DNA of 34,284 bases from an uncultured delta proteobacterium (GCA_963845145.1 CAWJQU010000014.1:1-34284); one strand, 5' to 3'; counted from the stretch's first letter, positions 1 through 15,338 are shown. Numbers and translations are program-made. Notes: generated by a model from the sequence alone, not told the origin.

Positions 1-1
1 T

Positions 2-1700
<1,699 letters not shown>

Positions 1701-1837
1701 AAACATTTTGATCTTTGATATTTCGATGCATATGAAACGGCGATGTTTCGCATCAAGATAATTTAGGTTGCCGGACATGAGTGTGTGTGGAAGACGCTGG
1801 CAACTGAACTGCACTGTGAATGCTCTTTTCACTTCAA

Positions 1838-1915
1838 GGGCCTGTAGCTCAGTTCGGTCAGAGCGCACGCCTGATAAGCGTGAGGTCGATGGTTCAATTC
1901 CATCCAGGCCCACCA
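1838..1915 (+). tRNA. tRNA-Ile(GAT)
   Basis: GGGCCTG...CAGGCCC-ACCA acceptor stem, anticodon arm CACGC-CTGATAA-GCGTG, GGTTCAATTCC T-arm; standard ITS position. Confidence 0.97.
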
Positions 1916-1980
1916 GTATAGGTTGTGCGTACCAGCGCGTTTCGAACGATTAAGCGTGATGTCAACAGCGTACGCCGTTG

Positions 1981-2056
1981 GGGGGTGTAGCTCAGTTGGG
2001 AGAGCGCCTGCCTTGCACGCAGGAGGCCATCGGTTCGAACCCGTTCACCTCCACCA
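1981..2056 (+). tRNA. tRNA-Ala(TGC)
   Basis: GGGGGTG...CACCTCC-ACCA, anticodon arm CCTGC-CTTGCAC-GCAGG, GGTTCGAACCC T-arm. Confidence 0.97.
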
Positions 2057-2158
2057 AAGCTAAACTCTTCTCGTGTCTCTTGGTCTGAGTAGTATTTTGA
2101 CCGAGCTCCTTAATTATCAAGATTCGAGTAACCGTAATACATCGAAATAGTGTTCTTT

Positions 2159-5386
<3,228 letters not shown>

Positions 5387-5395
5387 TTTACAGTT

Positions 5396-5511
5396 TTCGG
5401 CGGCGATAGCGAAGAGGTCACACCCGTTCCCATCCCGAACACGGCAGTTAAGCTCTTCAGCGCCGATGGTACTGCTTGGGTGACTAAGTGGGAGAGTAGG
5501 ACGCCGCCGGC
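5396..5511 (+). rRNA. rrf: 5S rRNA
   Basis: TCGGCGGCGATAGC...CACCCGTTCCCATCCCGAACACGG...GATGGTACTGC...GGGAGAGTAGGACGCCGCCGG. Confidence 0.97.
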
Positions 5512-5518
5512 ATTTTTT

Positions 5519-5553
5519 AAAAACCCGATACCTTTAAGGTATCGGGTTTTTTT
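5519..5553 (+). terminator. rho-independent terminator of rrn operon
   Basis: AAAAACCCGATACCT-T-(T)AAGGTATCGGGTTTTTTT: long perfect stem followed by a T-run. Confidence 0.9.
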
Positions 5554-5580
5554 GTGCGCACTGTAAAAACATTTCATCAG

Positions 5581-6210
5581 GTGAACGATCCTGAAGGTGG
5601 CGTAACCTACGTTATCTGGAAGGTGGTCGCTCGCGACAATTATGGATAGGAAATTAGGGAGCCCGATATGAAGCTTTACCACCCAAGGCAAGACCCGCCC
5701 TGATTTGATCATCAGCCAGGTCATTACCGATCCGTAATGTTGAAATCGGGAAAGGGCGTAAGATCAGTTAATATTAACGCTATTGCTCAAAACAGCCGTA
5801 GTGGACAAAGGCATACCTGATAAATATCACCGAATCGAGCGATAGGTTCAGATAGCATTCTATATCCCACCGGCTTGCCGTTAGTCACGACAACACTTAC
5901 CAGGTTAGTTAATTATTGCGACGATACTTATGGGAACAGCCAGAATGGATCTTCTATATTTTTACCATTAGATGCTACTTTGCAAACTTGAGATAATATC
6001 TGTAATAAGCGTCAATGTGAGTGCGGAAACAATCGTGTTCAACAGACTAATAATTGTGAGTTCAGCGTTCGTCTCTGCAATGACAATGTGCTTGGACGAT
6101 TGTAGTGTATCAAGAACAAGAATCAATTATTGAGGAAAATACTCTCTTGAAACAAGTTTCATGGAGTACCTTTATTAAATATTACCGGATCGAGAATGAG
6201 GAAAACGGGG
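5581..6210 (+). pseudogene. degraded remnant of an extracellular FN3-like/CARDB-domain protein gene
   Basis: Fragments in changing frames read EGGVTY..WKVVARDNYG*, SPI*SFTTQGKTRPDLIISQVITDP*, NAIAQNSRSG, VQIAFYI and ENEEN; these resemble FN3-like TYYWxVxAxD..GPVWSFTT and CARDB PDL..N.G..F.V.FY..ESNExNN motifs. Confidence 0.4.
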
Positions 6211-6580
6211 GCTAGTGGTCTAGTATCAATAACATATAAAATTCGAGTTCAGTAGTTTATGGTAGGATGAGTTGTTAAGGTACGAAACATCGAACCAATC
6301 GGAAGCCAATAGCCTGGCTTGCTCGTTGCATCTGATTACATGAGTCATAGGGTTTTATCAGTTGTTCCGGCTGCCCGGTAGTGGGTTTTAAGAGGGGAGT
6401 CCATATCGGATAAGTGCCCGTGGATTATGAAAGAAGACGCCCCGAATAGCGGGATCTATCGACAATGGGCGTGGCAGGCACCTACCAACGACAGCCATAT
6501 TATTTAGGCCTCAGATCATCCATAATCCAGCGCACTTGCTCAAACCGGTCATCAATGGCCGTATAAACATCTTTTTCCAA

Positions 6581-6802
6581 TTATCCGGTGGGTTCTCCGG
6601 ATTTAAGTTCGTCGTTTGATGCGGGGGGTTCCGACGATTGATGGTTTTGTTCCGTCGGGTTATCTTTTTCATCCGGGGCTTCTTCAGTGCGTTCGTGCCG
6701 AAGTTTCTCCCGCTCTTGTTCAATATTTTTCAAAATTGAGTCAATGTTTTTAGAAATTTCATTGAGTTCGTTTTTTATTCGTGATTCGTTGGATTCAGAC
6801 AT
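6581..6802 (-). CDS. hypothetical acidic protein with N-terminal coiled coil (may extend to 6500 past an in-frame TAA)
   Basis: 73-aa ORF with AAGGA RBS upstream of ATG; heptad-like IKNELNEISKNIDSILKNIEQERE. Confidence 0.6.
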   Translation of the reverse strand: MSESNESRIKNELNEISKNIDSILKNIEQEREKLRHERTEEAPDEKDNPTEQNHQSSEPPASNDELKSGEPTG

Positions 6803-6844
6803 TTAATATCCTTAGGAAACACCGGTTTTTTTGAGTCAGAAGAA

Positions 6845-7192
6845 TTACAAAGGGTACACACCGCGGTCATAAATATAGTCGTAATAAAAATTCAGATATT
6901 CCCGATCGTTTGAATGCCCCATCTCGTTCGAAAGTTTTTTTCGGTCATCCCGTTCATTGAGTTTGTAATCCATCCATTTTTCTTTGGCATAATCATAAAG
7001 GATTTGCCGAATGACACTGTCAGGGCTTGTTGCGATTTCCAGATTATTTTTAAAGAAAGCCTCAACGGCCACCAACACGGTTTTGATGTTGCGGATGTAG
7101 TCGCTATCGTCCCTGAAGTCGGATTCGAGGTCTTCAAAACTCCGATCAATTATTTCTCTGACGATACCTTCAATCGTGTCGATAGAATTCAC
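6845..7192 (-). CDS. hypothetical acidic helical protein
   Basis: 115-aa ORF with protein-like composition, co-oriented with the downstream ORF and preceded by a sigma70-like promoter. Confidence 0.7.
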   Translation of the reverse strand: MNSIDTIEGIVREIIDRSFEDLESDFRDDSDYIRNIKTVLVAVEAFFKNNLEIATSPDSVIRQILYDYAKEKWMDYKLNERDDRKKLSNEMGHSNDREYLNFYYDYIYDRGVYPL

Positions 7193-7296
7193 AGTACATT
7201 GTCCATTAAAGGGTTAGGTGCATTTAGGGCGCAAAGGCTATCGGTTATTTGAAAATGGCTGTGCCAAAATAGTTTGGACAAATTAAATGTTGGGTC

Positions 7297-7325
7297 AAAT
7301 TAAATAGGGACGGTGGGCTTGTCAA
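7297..7325 (-). promoter_or_regulatory. putative sigma70 promoter for the two orphan ORFs
   Basis: Minus strand TTGACA (7320-7325), 17-bp spacer, TAATTT (7297-7302). Confidence 0.5.
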
Positions 7326-7468
7326 GGGGTACGACAGGATTGATAAAGCCTGCATTATGATCTGTATCCGTGGCGTTTACGGAGTGGTTTTCATATGGTA
7401 TTGGATTCTACCTCAAAGGCTTTTTGAACCTAGCCCATTAAACCGTTATTTTAATCCGTTGTTTTTAA

Positions 7469-7544
7469 TGGAGCCGGCGAGCGGAATTGAACCGCTGACC
7501 TGCTGATTACGAATCAGCTGCTCTACCATCTGAGCTACGCCGGC
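7469..7544 (-). tRNA. tRNA-Thr(CGT)
   Basis: Reverse complement GCCGGCGTAGCTCAGATGGTAGAGCAGCTGATTCGTAATCAGCAGGTCAGCGGTTCAATTCCGCTCGCCGGCTCCA; anticodon CGT; encoded CCA. Confidence 0.97.
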
Positions 7545-7602
7545 ATTTAAACAGCAGAAACTTGATACTTAGTAAACGTCTTAAAATCAAGAAAAAAGTG
7601 TT

Positions 7603-10600
7603 ATGAAAAAATTGTTTGACATCATCTCAGCGCGAACCGGGCCGGTTGCCGTCACCGGTATTTCCGATGCAGGCCAGGCCTATTGTATATTTGAGCTTTA
7701 CCGTCGGATGAACAAACCCGTTGTTATTGTAGCACCTAATTCGAAAATAGCCGAACTGCTATTGGACGATTTGCGGTTTTTTGCACCTAAAGAACAAATC
7801 TTTTTTCACGAATTACCTGCCTACAATGTATCACCCTTTAAATTGCTTTCTTACCAGGGCAAAATTGCTGCTGACCGGATCGGCACACTCTTCCGATTAA
7901 CGGAAGGAACGGGGCCTCCTTTGATTGTCACGACGATCGAAGCCTTATCGGGACGCTTGATACCCAAACAGGTCCTTTTGGAATATGCCGAACTTTTAAT
8001 GGTGGGTGAGTCATTGGATCGTGATCTGTTTGCCGAAAAATTGACTCGCGGCGGGTATACCCAATCGGTACTTGTAGAAGAGCCCGGGGATTTCTGTCTT
8101 CGCGGGGGTATTATTGATATTTATCCCCCGCTTTACCCAGACCCGATCCGAATCGAATTATTTGGTGACATGGTCGATTCCATTCGATCATTTTCGGCCT
8201 TTACCCAAAGATCAAAAATATCAATGGACGAAGTGATCATTTTACCGGCCCGGGAAGCGATTATCGACAGTGCCCAAATTGATGAAATCTCTACACGATT
8301 GCGGGTGCAAGCTGCCGCACAGGGTTTGTCTGTCACGCAAATCCGGGAAATGATCGGAAGGTTGAAATCCGAAGGGGCCCTTAACGAAATAGAGGGCTTT
8401 TTGTCTATCGTTTATTCCGCCTCTGATACCCTGTTTGATTATTTACAGGAATCAACGCTCATGGTTCTGATCGAACCAGCGGAAATCACTCAAGCCGCCA
8501 GGGATCTGGCTGATCAGGTTGATAGAGGTTATGCAGCCGCGTGTGACGCGAATCAGCTATGCGTCGAACCGATTAAACTCTATTTATCCTGGGATAAAAT
8601 GGCCCGGCGGCTCTCTTCTTACCGACCAGTTATGCTGAAACGGCTATCGGTCAATGTCGACCGCGACCAGCCGTTGTCACCCGAGTTTGAAGTGGCCTTT
8701 AATGTCCTGGATAACGATCTGGTTAAAGCGGAAATGGTCCATGCCGCGAATAACGAAGTCTTACTACAGCCTTTGTCGAAGTGGCTTATAACCCAGATGT
8801 CGTCCGGGTGTGCGACGCTTGTGGTTTGTCATACCAAGGCACGTGCCGGAACCTTGGTAAAGATGCTGAAAGCTTACGATGTGCATCTGCAAAGGGTTGA
8901 TTCCATAACGGATATAGATCTGAAAACCGGGGGTGTCTGGGTCATGGCCGGAAATGTGTCGGCGGGCTTTGTATGGCCGGAAGTATCCCTGGCGGTAATT
9001 ACCGAAGATGAAATTTTTGATACACGGACGATTCGCTCCAAACGCCCTGCCCAACGGCGGCAATCCCCACCTCCGGATATTTCTGATCTTAATTCAGGCG
9101 ACCTCATTGTCCATATCGATCACGGTATTGGTCGCTATGAAGGTCTAGTGAAATTATCCGTTAACGAGTTGAAAAACGATTTTTTGTTGATCGTTTATAA
9201 AGACGAAGACCGCTTGTATTTACCGGTAGACCGTATGGGCATGATTGAAAAATACATGGGCGTCGATGATGCCGCTCCCAAGCTCGACAAGATGGGGGGA
9301 TTATCATGGGCTCGGGCCAAAGCACGTGTTAAACGTTCGGCAGAAAAGATCGCTGGTGAACTTCTGGAGCTTTATGCCGCCCGCAAAATCAATCATGGTT
9401 TTGCTTTCAACGACCCGGCTGTTGATTATCAAAATTTCACGGCTTCTTTTGCGTTTGAAGAAACACCGGATCAGAAAAAGGTTATTGCCGATGTCATGGC
9501 CGACATGGCCCGACCGACGCCCATGGATCGTCTCGTTTGCGGTGATGTGGGGTACGGCAAAACCGAGGTAGCCCTGCGGGCGGCTTATCTGGCAACGGAC
9601 AATGCCAAGCAAGTGGCGATGGTGGTACCCACAACTATTTTGGCCGAACAGCATTTTTCCACCTTTTCGGGGCGATTTAAACGCACACCGTATACCGTCG
9701 CCTGTCTAAGCCGTTTTCGATCTGCAGGACACCAACAGGAGATTATCAAACAACTGAAGACCGGCGGGGTTGATATTGTCATCGGTACCCATCGATTGTT
9801 CTCCAAAGATGTTGAATTTAAGGATCTGGGGTTGGTGATTTTAGATGAAGAGCAGCGATTTGGGGTAAAGCATAAGGAAAAATTGAAGCGGATGCGTACC
9901 ACGGTCGATGTCCTGGCGCTAACGGCCACCCCGATTCCGCGGACCCTGCATCTGTCGTTGACAGGCGTAAGAGATATCAGCACGATTTCGACGCCACCGG
10001 AATATCGTCAGGCTATCGCCACCTATGTTTGTGAATATGAGGAGTCCGTGATCCGGGATGCCATTAAACGGGAGATGGCCCGCGGCGGCCAGATCTATTT
10101 CGTGCACAATGATATCGCCGGTATCGAACGAATGGCACGGCGATTGAAGCAGTTGGTGCCGAAGGTGCGATTGGATATCGCTCATGGGCGGATGCGGGAG
10201 GATGAGCTCGAAAACACCATGTATCGTTTTCAGCGGGGTGACATTGATATGCTGGTCTGCACGACCATCATTGAATCGGGGTTGGATGTGCCAACGGCCA
10301 ATACCATGCTCGTCAATCGTGCGGATCGTTTTGGATTGGCCCAGATGTACCAGTTGCGGGGGCGGGTGGGGCGTTCCGATCGTCAGGCATATGCGTATCT
10401 TATTATCAACCGTGAAAGCGGGCTAACCAAAACCGCCAAAAAGCGCTTGAAAGTGCTCATGGCCCATAGCGATTTGGGGTCAGGATTCCAAATTGCCATG
10501 CACGATCTAAAAATTCGCGGAGGGGGAACGATTCTTGGTGCCGCTCAGTCCGGCCATATTGCCGCTGTGGGTTACGACATGTTTCTAAGGCTGATGAAAG

Positions 10601-11097
10601 ACGCGGTCGCCAAACTCAAGGGGCAAACGAGCGCTGAAGCCTTGGAACCGGAAATCAATCTACCTCTGGCAGCTCATATCCCTGAAGATTACATGCCGGA
10701 TATTGATCAACGCCTGACCACCTATCGGCGCTTGACACGGATGACGGAACCCGAAGAGGTTTCAGCACTTAAACAGGAACTCAAGGATCGCTTCGGCGTG
10801 CCCCCCGAAGCCGTGGTAAGCCTTTTGGTGAAGATATTGCTCAGAATTCTTGCAATTAAAGCCGGTGTGACACGGCTTGATTTTATGGCAAAACAATTGG
10901 TGCTTTACCTCTCTATCCCCCATTTAAAAAATCCCACAGGTATCATTGACTGGATTACCACAAGCCCCCGTAAAAATGGTTTTCATTTATCACCCAATCA
11001 TGTCCTGACGGTTCGTATGGATACCGATAATTCCCGTCGCAATCTGTCCCGAACGAAAAACATCTTGAAAGAAATGATCCGGCATGGTAACTCGTGA
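7603..11097 (+). CDS. mfd: transcription-repair coupling factor
   Basis: 1164 aa; UvrB-like RGGIIDIY, CarD/RID VHIDHGIGRY, CGDVGYGKTEVA, DEEQRFGV, TATPIPRTL, QLRGRVGR, TRCF C-terminus. Confidence 0.98.
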   Translation: MKKLFDIISARTGPVAVTGISDAGQAYCIFELYRRMNKPVVIVAPNSKIAELLLDDLRFFAPKEQIFFHELPAYNVSPFKLLSYQGKIAADRIGTLFRLTEGTGPPLIVTTIEALSGRLIPKQVLLEYAELLMVGESLDRDLFAEKLTRGGYTQSVLVEEPGDFCLRGGIIDIYPPLYPDPIRIELFGDMVDSIRSFSAFTQRSKISMDEVIILPAREAIIDSAQIDEISTRLRVQAAAQGLSVTQIREMIGRLKSEGALNEIEGFLSIVYSASDTLFDYLQESTLMVLIEPAEITQAARDLADQVDRGYAAACDANQLCVEPIKLYLSWDKMARRLSSYRPVMLKRLSVNVDRDQPLSPEFEVAFNVLDNDLVKAEMVHAANNEVLLQPLSKWLITQMSSGCATLVVCHTKARAGTLVKMLKAYDVHLQRVDSITDIDLKTGGVWVMAGNVSAGFVWPEVSLAVITEDEIFDTRTIRSKRPAQRRQSPPPDISDLNSGDLIVHIDHGIGRYEGLVKLSVNELKNDFLLIVYKDEDRLYLPVDRMGMIEKYMGVDDAAPKLDKMGGLSWARAKARVKRSAEKIAGELLELYAARKINHGFAFNDPAVDYQNFTASFAFEETPDQKKVIADVMADMARPTPMDRLVCGDVGYGKTEVALRAAYLATDNAKQVAMVVPTTILAEQHFSTFSGRFKRTPYTVACLSRFRSAGHQQEIIKQLKTGGVDIVIGTHRLFSKDVEFKDLGLVILDEEQRFGVKHKEKLKRMRTTVDVLALTATPIPRTLHLSLTGVRDISTISTPPEYRQAIATYVCEYEESVIRDAIKREMARGGQIYFVHNDIAGIERMARRLKQLVPKVRLDIAHGRMREDELENTMYRFQRGDIDMLVCTTIIESGLDVPTANTMLVNRADRFGLAQMYQLRGRVGRSDRQAYAYLIINRESGLTKTAKKRLKVLMAHSDLGSGFQIAMHDLKIRGGGTILGAAQSGHIAAVGYDMFLRLMKDAVAKLKGQTSAEALEPEINLPLAAHIPEDYMPDIDQRLTTYRRLTRMTEPEEVSALKQELKDRFGVPPEAVVSLLVKILLRILAIKAGVTRLDFMAKQLVLYLSIPHLKNPTGIIDWITTSPRKNGFHLSPNHVLTVRMDTDNSRRNLSRTKNILKEMIRHGNS

Positions 11098-11183
11098 TCA
11101 CCTTTTAATTATCTGTTTTGTATCCAAATTCTCCTGCTTAAAGGTGTTTTAATAATTACTTTATCACTTTATTCCGTAATGAC

Positions 11184-12290
11184 ATGGATTGGCATTTGAC
11201 TAAAACCAAAAGACCATTTGTCGGCAGGGGGCGTGGGGCGGGGCAATTGATCACTCGTCAGCTTCGATCAAACGATACCATTAATTTAAATAAGTGGGGT
11301 TCCCGACGGTGGTGGGTTTGTTGCGACCGACTTTTTTGGGCTCTCTTTTTCATCCTTATCGTCACGGCAACACCTGTTTTCGGGGGAATTGTCGTGGATC
11401 GTGTCATGGCGATTGTCAATGATGAAATTGTCTCTTTATATGAGCTGAACCAGCGTATTCTCCCTTATGCCGAGAGAATTAAGAAGGCGGGCGCCACTGC
11501 GGACGAACAAGACAAGTTGCTTCGTAAGGTGACCGATGAAGGCCTAACCTTACTCATCGATGAAAAACTGGCGGATCAGGAAATCAAGCGGTTGAACATT
11601 CAGGTAGGGGCGTCCGAAGTAAAACAGGAAATTGAGCGTTTTAAATCCGTGAACCGGTTAACGGATGAGGACCTGCGAGTCGCTCTGGAAGCCGAGGGGA
11701 GCAGTCTGGACGAATTTGGCCGGAAAATTAAAGAACAAATACTAAGAGCCCGGCTGGTGAATCGGGAGATCCGTTCCAAAATCGTTATCACCAATGAAGA
11801 GGTAGTCGCTTACTTTGAGAAGCATCCAGAGGAATTCGGGGGCGAAAAGAAGTATTTCTTAAAAAATATCGTGATGGTTCCCCCTGAGACAGGAACGTCG
11901 ACGGATATAGCTGCCGTCACCAATCGATTAAAAGCGGTTCGGGATCAATTAATCGCCGGGGAAAAATTTGACATGCTGGCGCGGAAATATTCGGAAGCAC
12001 CCAATGCCGTAAGTGGCGGGTCGCTGGGCCTGATTGGGAAAAGCGCGCTGGCACCTAAAATTCAAATGGCCCTTGAGTCTCTTAAACCCCACGAATTTAC
12101 CGATATTATTGATACCGACCAAGGGTACCAGATCTTTTATATCGAAAAAATTGAGATCAATGCGGCGGAATCCTTTGATAAGGTTAAGGTGCAAATTGAG
12201 GATAAGCTTTACAATCAAGTCGTAGACCGACAATATGAAAAGTGGCTGCAAGATCTGCGAACCAGGGCGCATATCAAGCTGATAAAATGA
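11184..12290 (+). CDS. surA: SurA/PpiC-type periplasmic peptidyl-prolyl isomerase (true start probably downstream of 11184)
   Basis: Signal-like hydrophobic stretch, VDRVMAIVNDEIV SurA N-domain, parvulin motif FDMLARKYSE..GGSLG; usual position after mfd. Confidence 0.85.
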   Translation: MDWHLTKTKRPFVGRGRGAGQLITRQLRSNDTINLNKWGSRRWWVCCDRLFWALFFILIVTATPVFGGIVVDRVMAIVNDEIVSLYELNQRILPYAERIKKAGATADEQDKLLRKVTDEGLTLLIDEKLADQEIKRLNIQVGASEVKQEIERFKSVNRLTDEDLRVALEAEGSSLDEFGRKIKEQILRARLVNREIRSKIVITNEEVVAYFEKHPEEFGGEKKYFLKNIVMVPPETGTSTDIAAVTNRLKAVRDQLIAGEKFDMLARKYSEAPNAVSGGSLGLIGKSALAPKIQMALESLKPHEFTDIIDTDQGYQIFYIEKIEINAAESFDKVKVQIEDKLYNQVVDRQYEKWLQDLRTRAHIKLIK

Positions 12291-13120
12291 AAACCAAAGC
12301 GGATCCTTACACTCGAACCTCTTTCGGACGATTTCTTCAGAAAACACGCATTGAAAAAGGGATTCACCTGGAGGACGTGGCCGGAAAAACCCGGATCAGA
12401 ACCCAGATCCTCTCGGCCATTGAAAAAGAAGAACACGATATTCTACCGGCGGAATCATTTGTCAAAGGGATGTTAAAGGCATTCGCCAGGGCGGTGGGAG
12501 CAGATCCAGTCGAGGTTCTTCGCCTTTATCAGCAAGACCGGAGTGCCTATAATGATCTGGCCCGGCAGCAATCCAGGCTGGATAAATCAATAAGGGTGGG
12601 TTGGTTAAAGCTGATTTGCGCGTTGGGCCTGTTGGTGGTGCTGGCGACCATCTCCGTATATGCAATGACCCTTATCAGCCGGAAGATGAATGCAAATACG
12701 GCCTCCGAAAAGGAGAGTCGCGCCCTTTCCAATCTACAAACCGGCGAAACGCCAAAAGATGACGCTAAAAAAGCGGGGGCGACAAATAAAAAAACGGAGA
12801 ATTCGGCCACGGTTAATGGGAGTCCCAATCCCAAAACGGGCGCTTCGGATAAACAGAGCACCGATGCCGCCCCGACGATTCGTATGGATGGATATCTATT
12901 ATCCATCCATGCTATCAAGAATACATGGATAAAAGTCATTGCCGATGACCAGGCGGCGGTCAAATATCGGCTAAAAATGGGTGATCGACTCGATTTAACG
13001 GCGGCGTCACGATTTAACATGTTAATTGGTGATGCCGATGGGGTTCGTTTGATGCTGAATGATCAACGGGTCCCGATAGCCGGTAAAAGCGGACAGATTG
13101 TGAATATCGAGATTCCCTAA
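12287..13120 (+). CDS. rodZ: RodZ-like protein (HTH, TM helix, DUF4115-like C-domain)
   Basis: FGRFLQKTRIEKGIHLEDVAGKTRIRTQILSAIE HTH, FVKGMLKAFA, one TM helix, C-terminal TWIKVIAD...IGDADGV; ATGA overlap with surA stop. Confidence 0.8.
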   Translation: MKTKADPYTRTSFGRFLQKTRIEKGIHLEDVAGKTRIRTQILSAIEKEEHDILPAESFVKGMLKAFARAVGADPVEVLRLYQQDRSAYNDLARQQSRLDKSIRVGWLKLICALGLLVVLATISVYAMTLISRKMNANTASEKESRALSNLQTGETPKDDAKKAGATNKKTENSATVNGSPNPKTGASDKQSTDAAPTIRMDGYLLSIHAIKNTWIKVIADDQAAVKYRLKMGDRLDLTAASRFNMLIGDADGVRLMLNDQRVPIAGKSGQIVNIEIP

Positions 13121-13127
13121 GGTTGTC

Positions 13128-14521
13128 ATGACCAGTAAGACCCGACTCAAACCCGAATATATACTCCAAACCGATCCGGCCAAAAGACTGGCGGATACGG
13201 TCAAGCGACTTCTGCGGCGAAATGCCGTTACCTCATTAAAGAAGATCGTGGTGAAAACCCATGCCGCCGACTTGTCGGTGGTCTTCCACTTAATCACAAC
13301 ATCGGATCAGCGCCGGTTGTTCGAGATGATACCGGACCTCGAGCAAAAGGGCGTTTTGTTCAGCGAGTTGGACGAAGATGTCTTTCTTACACTTGTGGCC
13401 GATATGCCCGTCGAGTCGCTGGTAGAAATCCTTGCCCAGATGCCCACGGACGATGTGGCCGATCTCATCGGAAGGCTTCCTCAGGTTAAAGCCGATGAGA
13501 TCCTAAAACGAATGGACTTTAAAGAGTCTGAAGAGGTTGAGGGGTTGCTTCGGTACGACGATGAAACGGCCGGCGGCATCATGGTCCCCGATTTTATCGC
13601 TTTGAAAGAGGATATCACGGCCGCGGAAGCGATCCGGTCCATTCAGGATGAACATCTCGAAGTGGAGATGCCCTTTTACCTTATATATCGTCGATGATCA
13701 CGACCATTTGGTCGGGCGTCAGTTCCCTGAGACAGTTGGTCGTCGTCTCTCCCGATACGCCCCTAAAAGACTTCATGACCACTGATGTACTTTCGGTCAA
13801 AACGGACATGGACCAGGAAAAAGTCGCTAAGATTGTTGCGCGGTATGATATCTTGGCCGTTCCGGTCGTTGATGACGGTAACCACCTGGTTGGAATCGTG
13901 ACGGTGGATGATGTTATCGATATTTTTCGAAAAGAGGCGACCGAGGACATTCTCAAGATGGCTGGCGTCGGTGAGGAATTTGTTGAGACCAAGTCAATGT
14001 ATGAAAAGTACCCGCATTCGGTTGCCCTGGCTTTTTGCCAGTTGTATCGGCGGGCATTATTGCTTTTTATGTCATCGGTAGCTTCGAGGGCAGTCTGAGC
14101 CGTTTAACCTACCTGGCGGCATTCATACCGGTAATCATGGGAATGGGGGGCAATATTGGCACCCAGTCGTCCACCATCGTGGTACGCGGGCTGGCCACCG
14201 GCCGGTTCGATATCAGGGACATGGGCACGTGTCGTATTTAAAGAATTATCCGTCGGGTTGATATTGGGTATCTTTTACGGTCTTCTCATCGGTTCGGTGG
14301 CCCAATTCCAATACTCTACTTTGGCTTAACAATGGCGGTATGTCTGGCTGTTTTGAGTTCCATGGCGGTGGCTGCTTTTGTGGGATCAATGGTTCCGATG
14401 CTGTTTGCGCGAATGAATATAGATCCGGCGGTTGCCACCGGCCCGTTTGTCACAACCTCCATCGATATTGTCAGTCGTCTTTTTTTATTTCAAGATCGCT
14501 ACCGTCTTGCTGGGCATTTAG
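13128..14521 (+). CDS. mgtE: magnesium transporter MgtE (several frameshifts, probably sequencing errors)
   Basis: Fragments give ETAGGIM, CBS pair (LAVPVVD..LVGIVTVDDVID), GMGGNIGTQS, DPAVATGPFVTTSID; ends FYFKIATVLLGI* at 14521. Confidence 0.92.
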
Positions 14522-14524
14522 GCC

Positions 14525-15296
14525 ATGGCGATTTTTACCACCCGGGCCATTGTTTTGCGCCGTGTTGCTTATGGGGATGCTCGATCTCATTGTTACGCTT
14601 TTTACCCTAAGCCGGGGAAAAATCGCCGTCATGGCCAAAGCGGCAAAAAAAAGCCTCAAACGATTTCCCGGCTGCCCTGGAGGCGTTTGCGCCCATAGAG
14701 GCTGTTTGCCGCAAAGGCAGGGGCATGTCGATTTTGCAAGAAGCCAGTTTGGAAAATCCCCTGGCCAATATTCGATCGAATGTCGCCAAAACGGCCTATG
14801 CCAGTTATTGGGCTGAAACAATGATATCCATCTTGAAGAAAATCATCAACAACCGGACCTGTATCATTTACTCATACTTTACTTTAGCTGGCCTTGATGC
14901 CGGGCGGATTATCCGTTGAGATGTGGAGCATCATTGTTTATGATGCGGTTTTTGATTCTGACCGGATTTCACCACGCTTTGATCAATGCTTTAGGTGTGG
15001 CAATCCGGTGTGGAAAAACTGGGTATTGTTATTTTGACATGACCAAGGGAGGCATTATTTGTGACCGCTGTAACACAACCCTTCCGGAAAGATACGCTTG
15101 ACGAAGGGGACGCTTAAAACAATTGATCTGGCTTGGAAAGAAAGATCTGTCCCAGGCGGTTCGCGCTCGTTTTAGTGCCGATACCGCCGGTGAAGCCTTA
15201 TCATTACTGGAAGCTTTTACAACCTACCATCTGGGGAAAACCCCTCGAAGTTTAAAATTTTTAAAATCCATCCGAAACGATGGGATCGGCAGCTGA
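14525..15296 (+). CDS. recO: DNA repair protein RecO (frameshifted, probably sequencing errors)
   Basis: Reconstructed MAIFTT.AIVLRRVAYGDADLIVTLFTLSRGKIAVMAKAAKKSLKRF; Zn-finger remnant (C..CG...GGIICDRC); C-terminal YHLGKTPRSLKFLKSI. Confidence 0.88.
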
Positions 15297-15338
15297 TATC
15301 TGTCGACCCGTCCGGCTAGATCAAGGAGAATACGGTCG

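Noticed and set aside
6412..6537. Imperfect inverted repeat (AAGTGC..TGGATTATG at 6412-6429 versus 6521-6537) as MITE ends or a fold-back artefact
   Set aside because: Only 6+9 matching bases and I could not convincingly extend the similarity; may be chance
5554..7468. Prophage, integrative element or CRISPR array at tRNA-Thr
   Set aside because: No integrase or transposase, no duplicated tRNA 3' end and no regularly spaced repeats found
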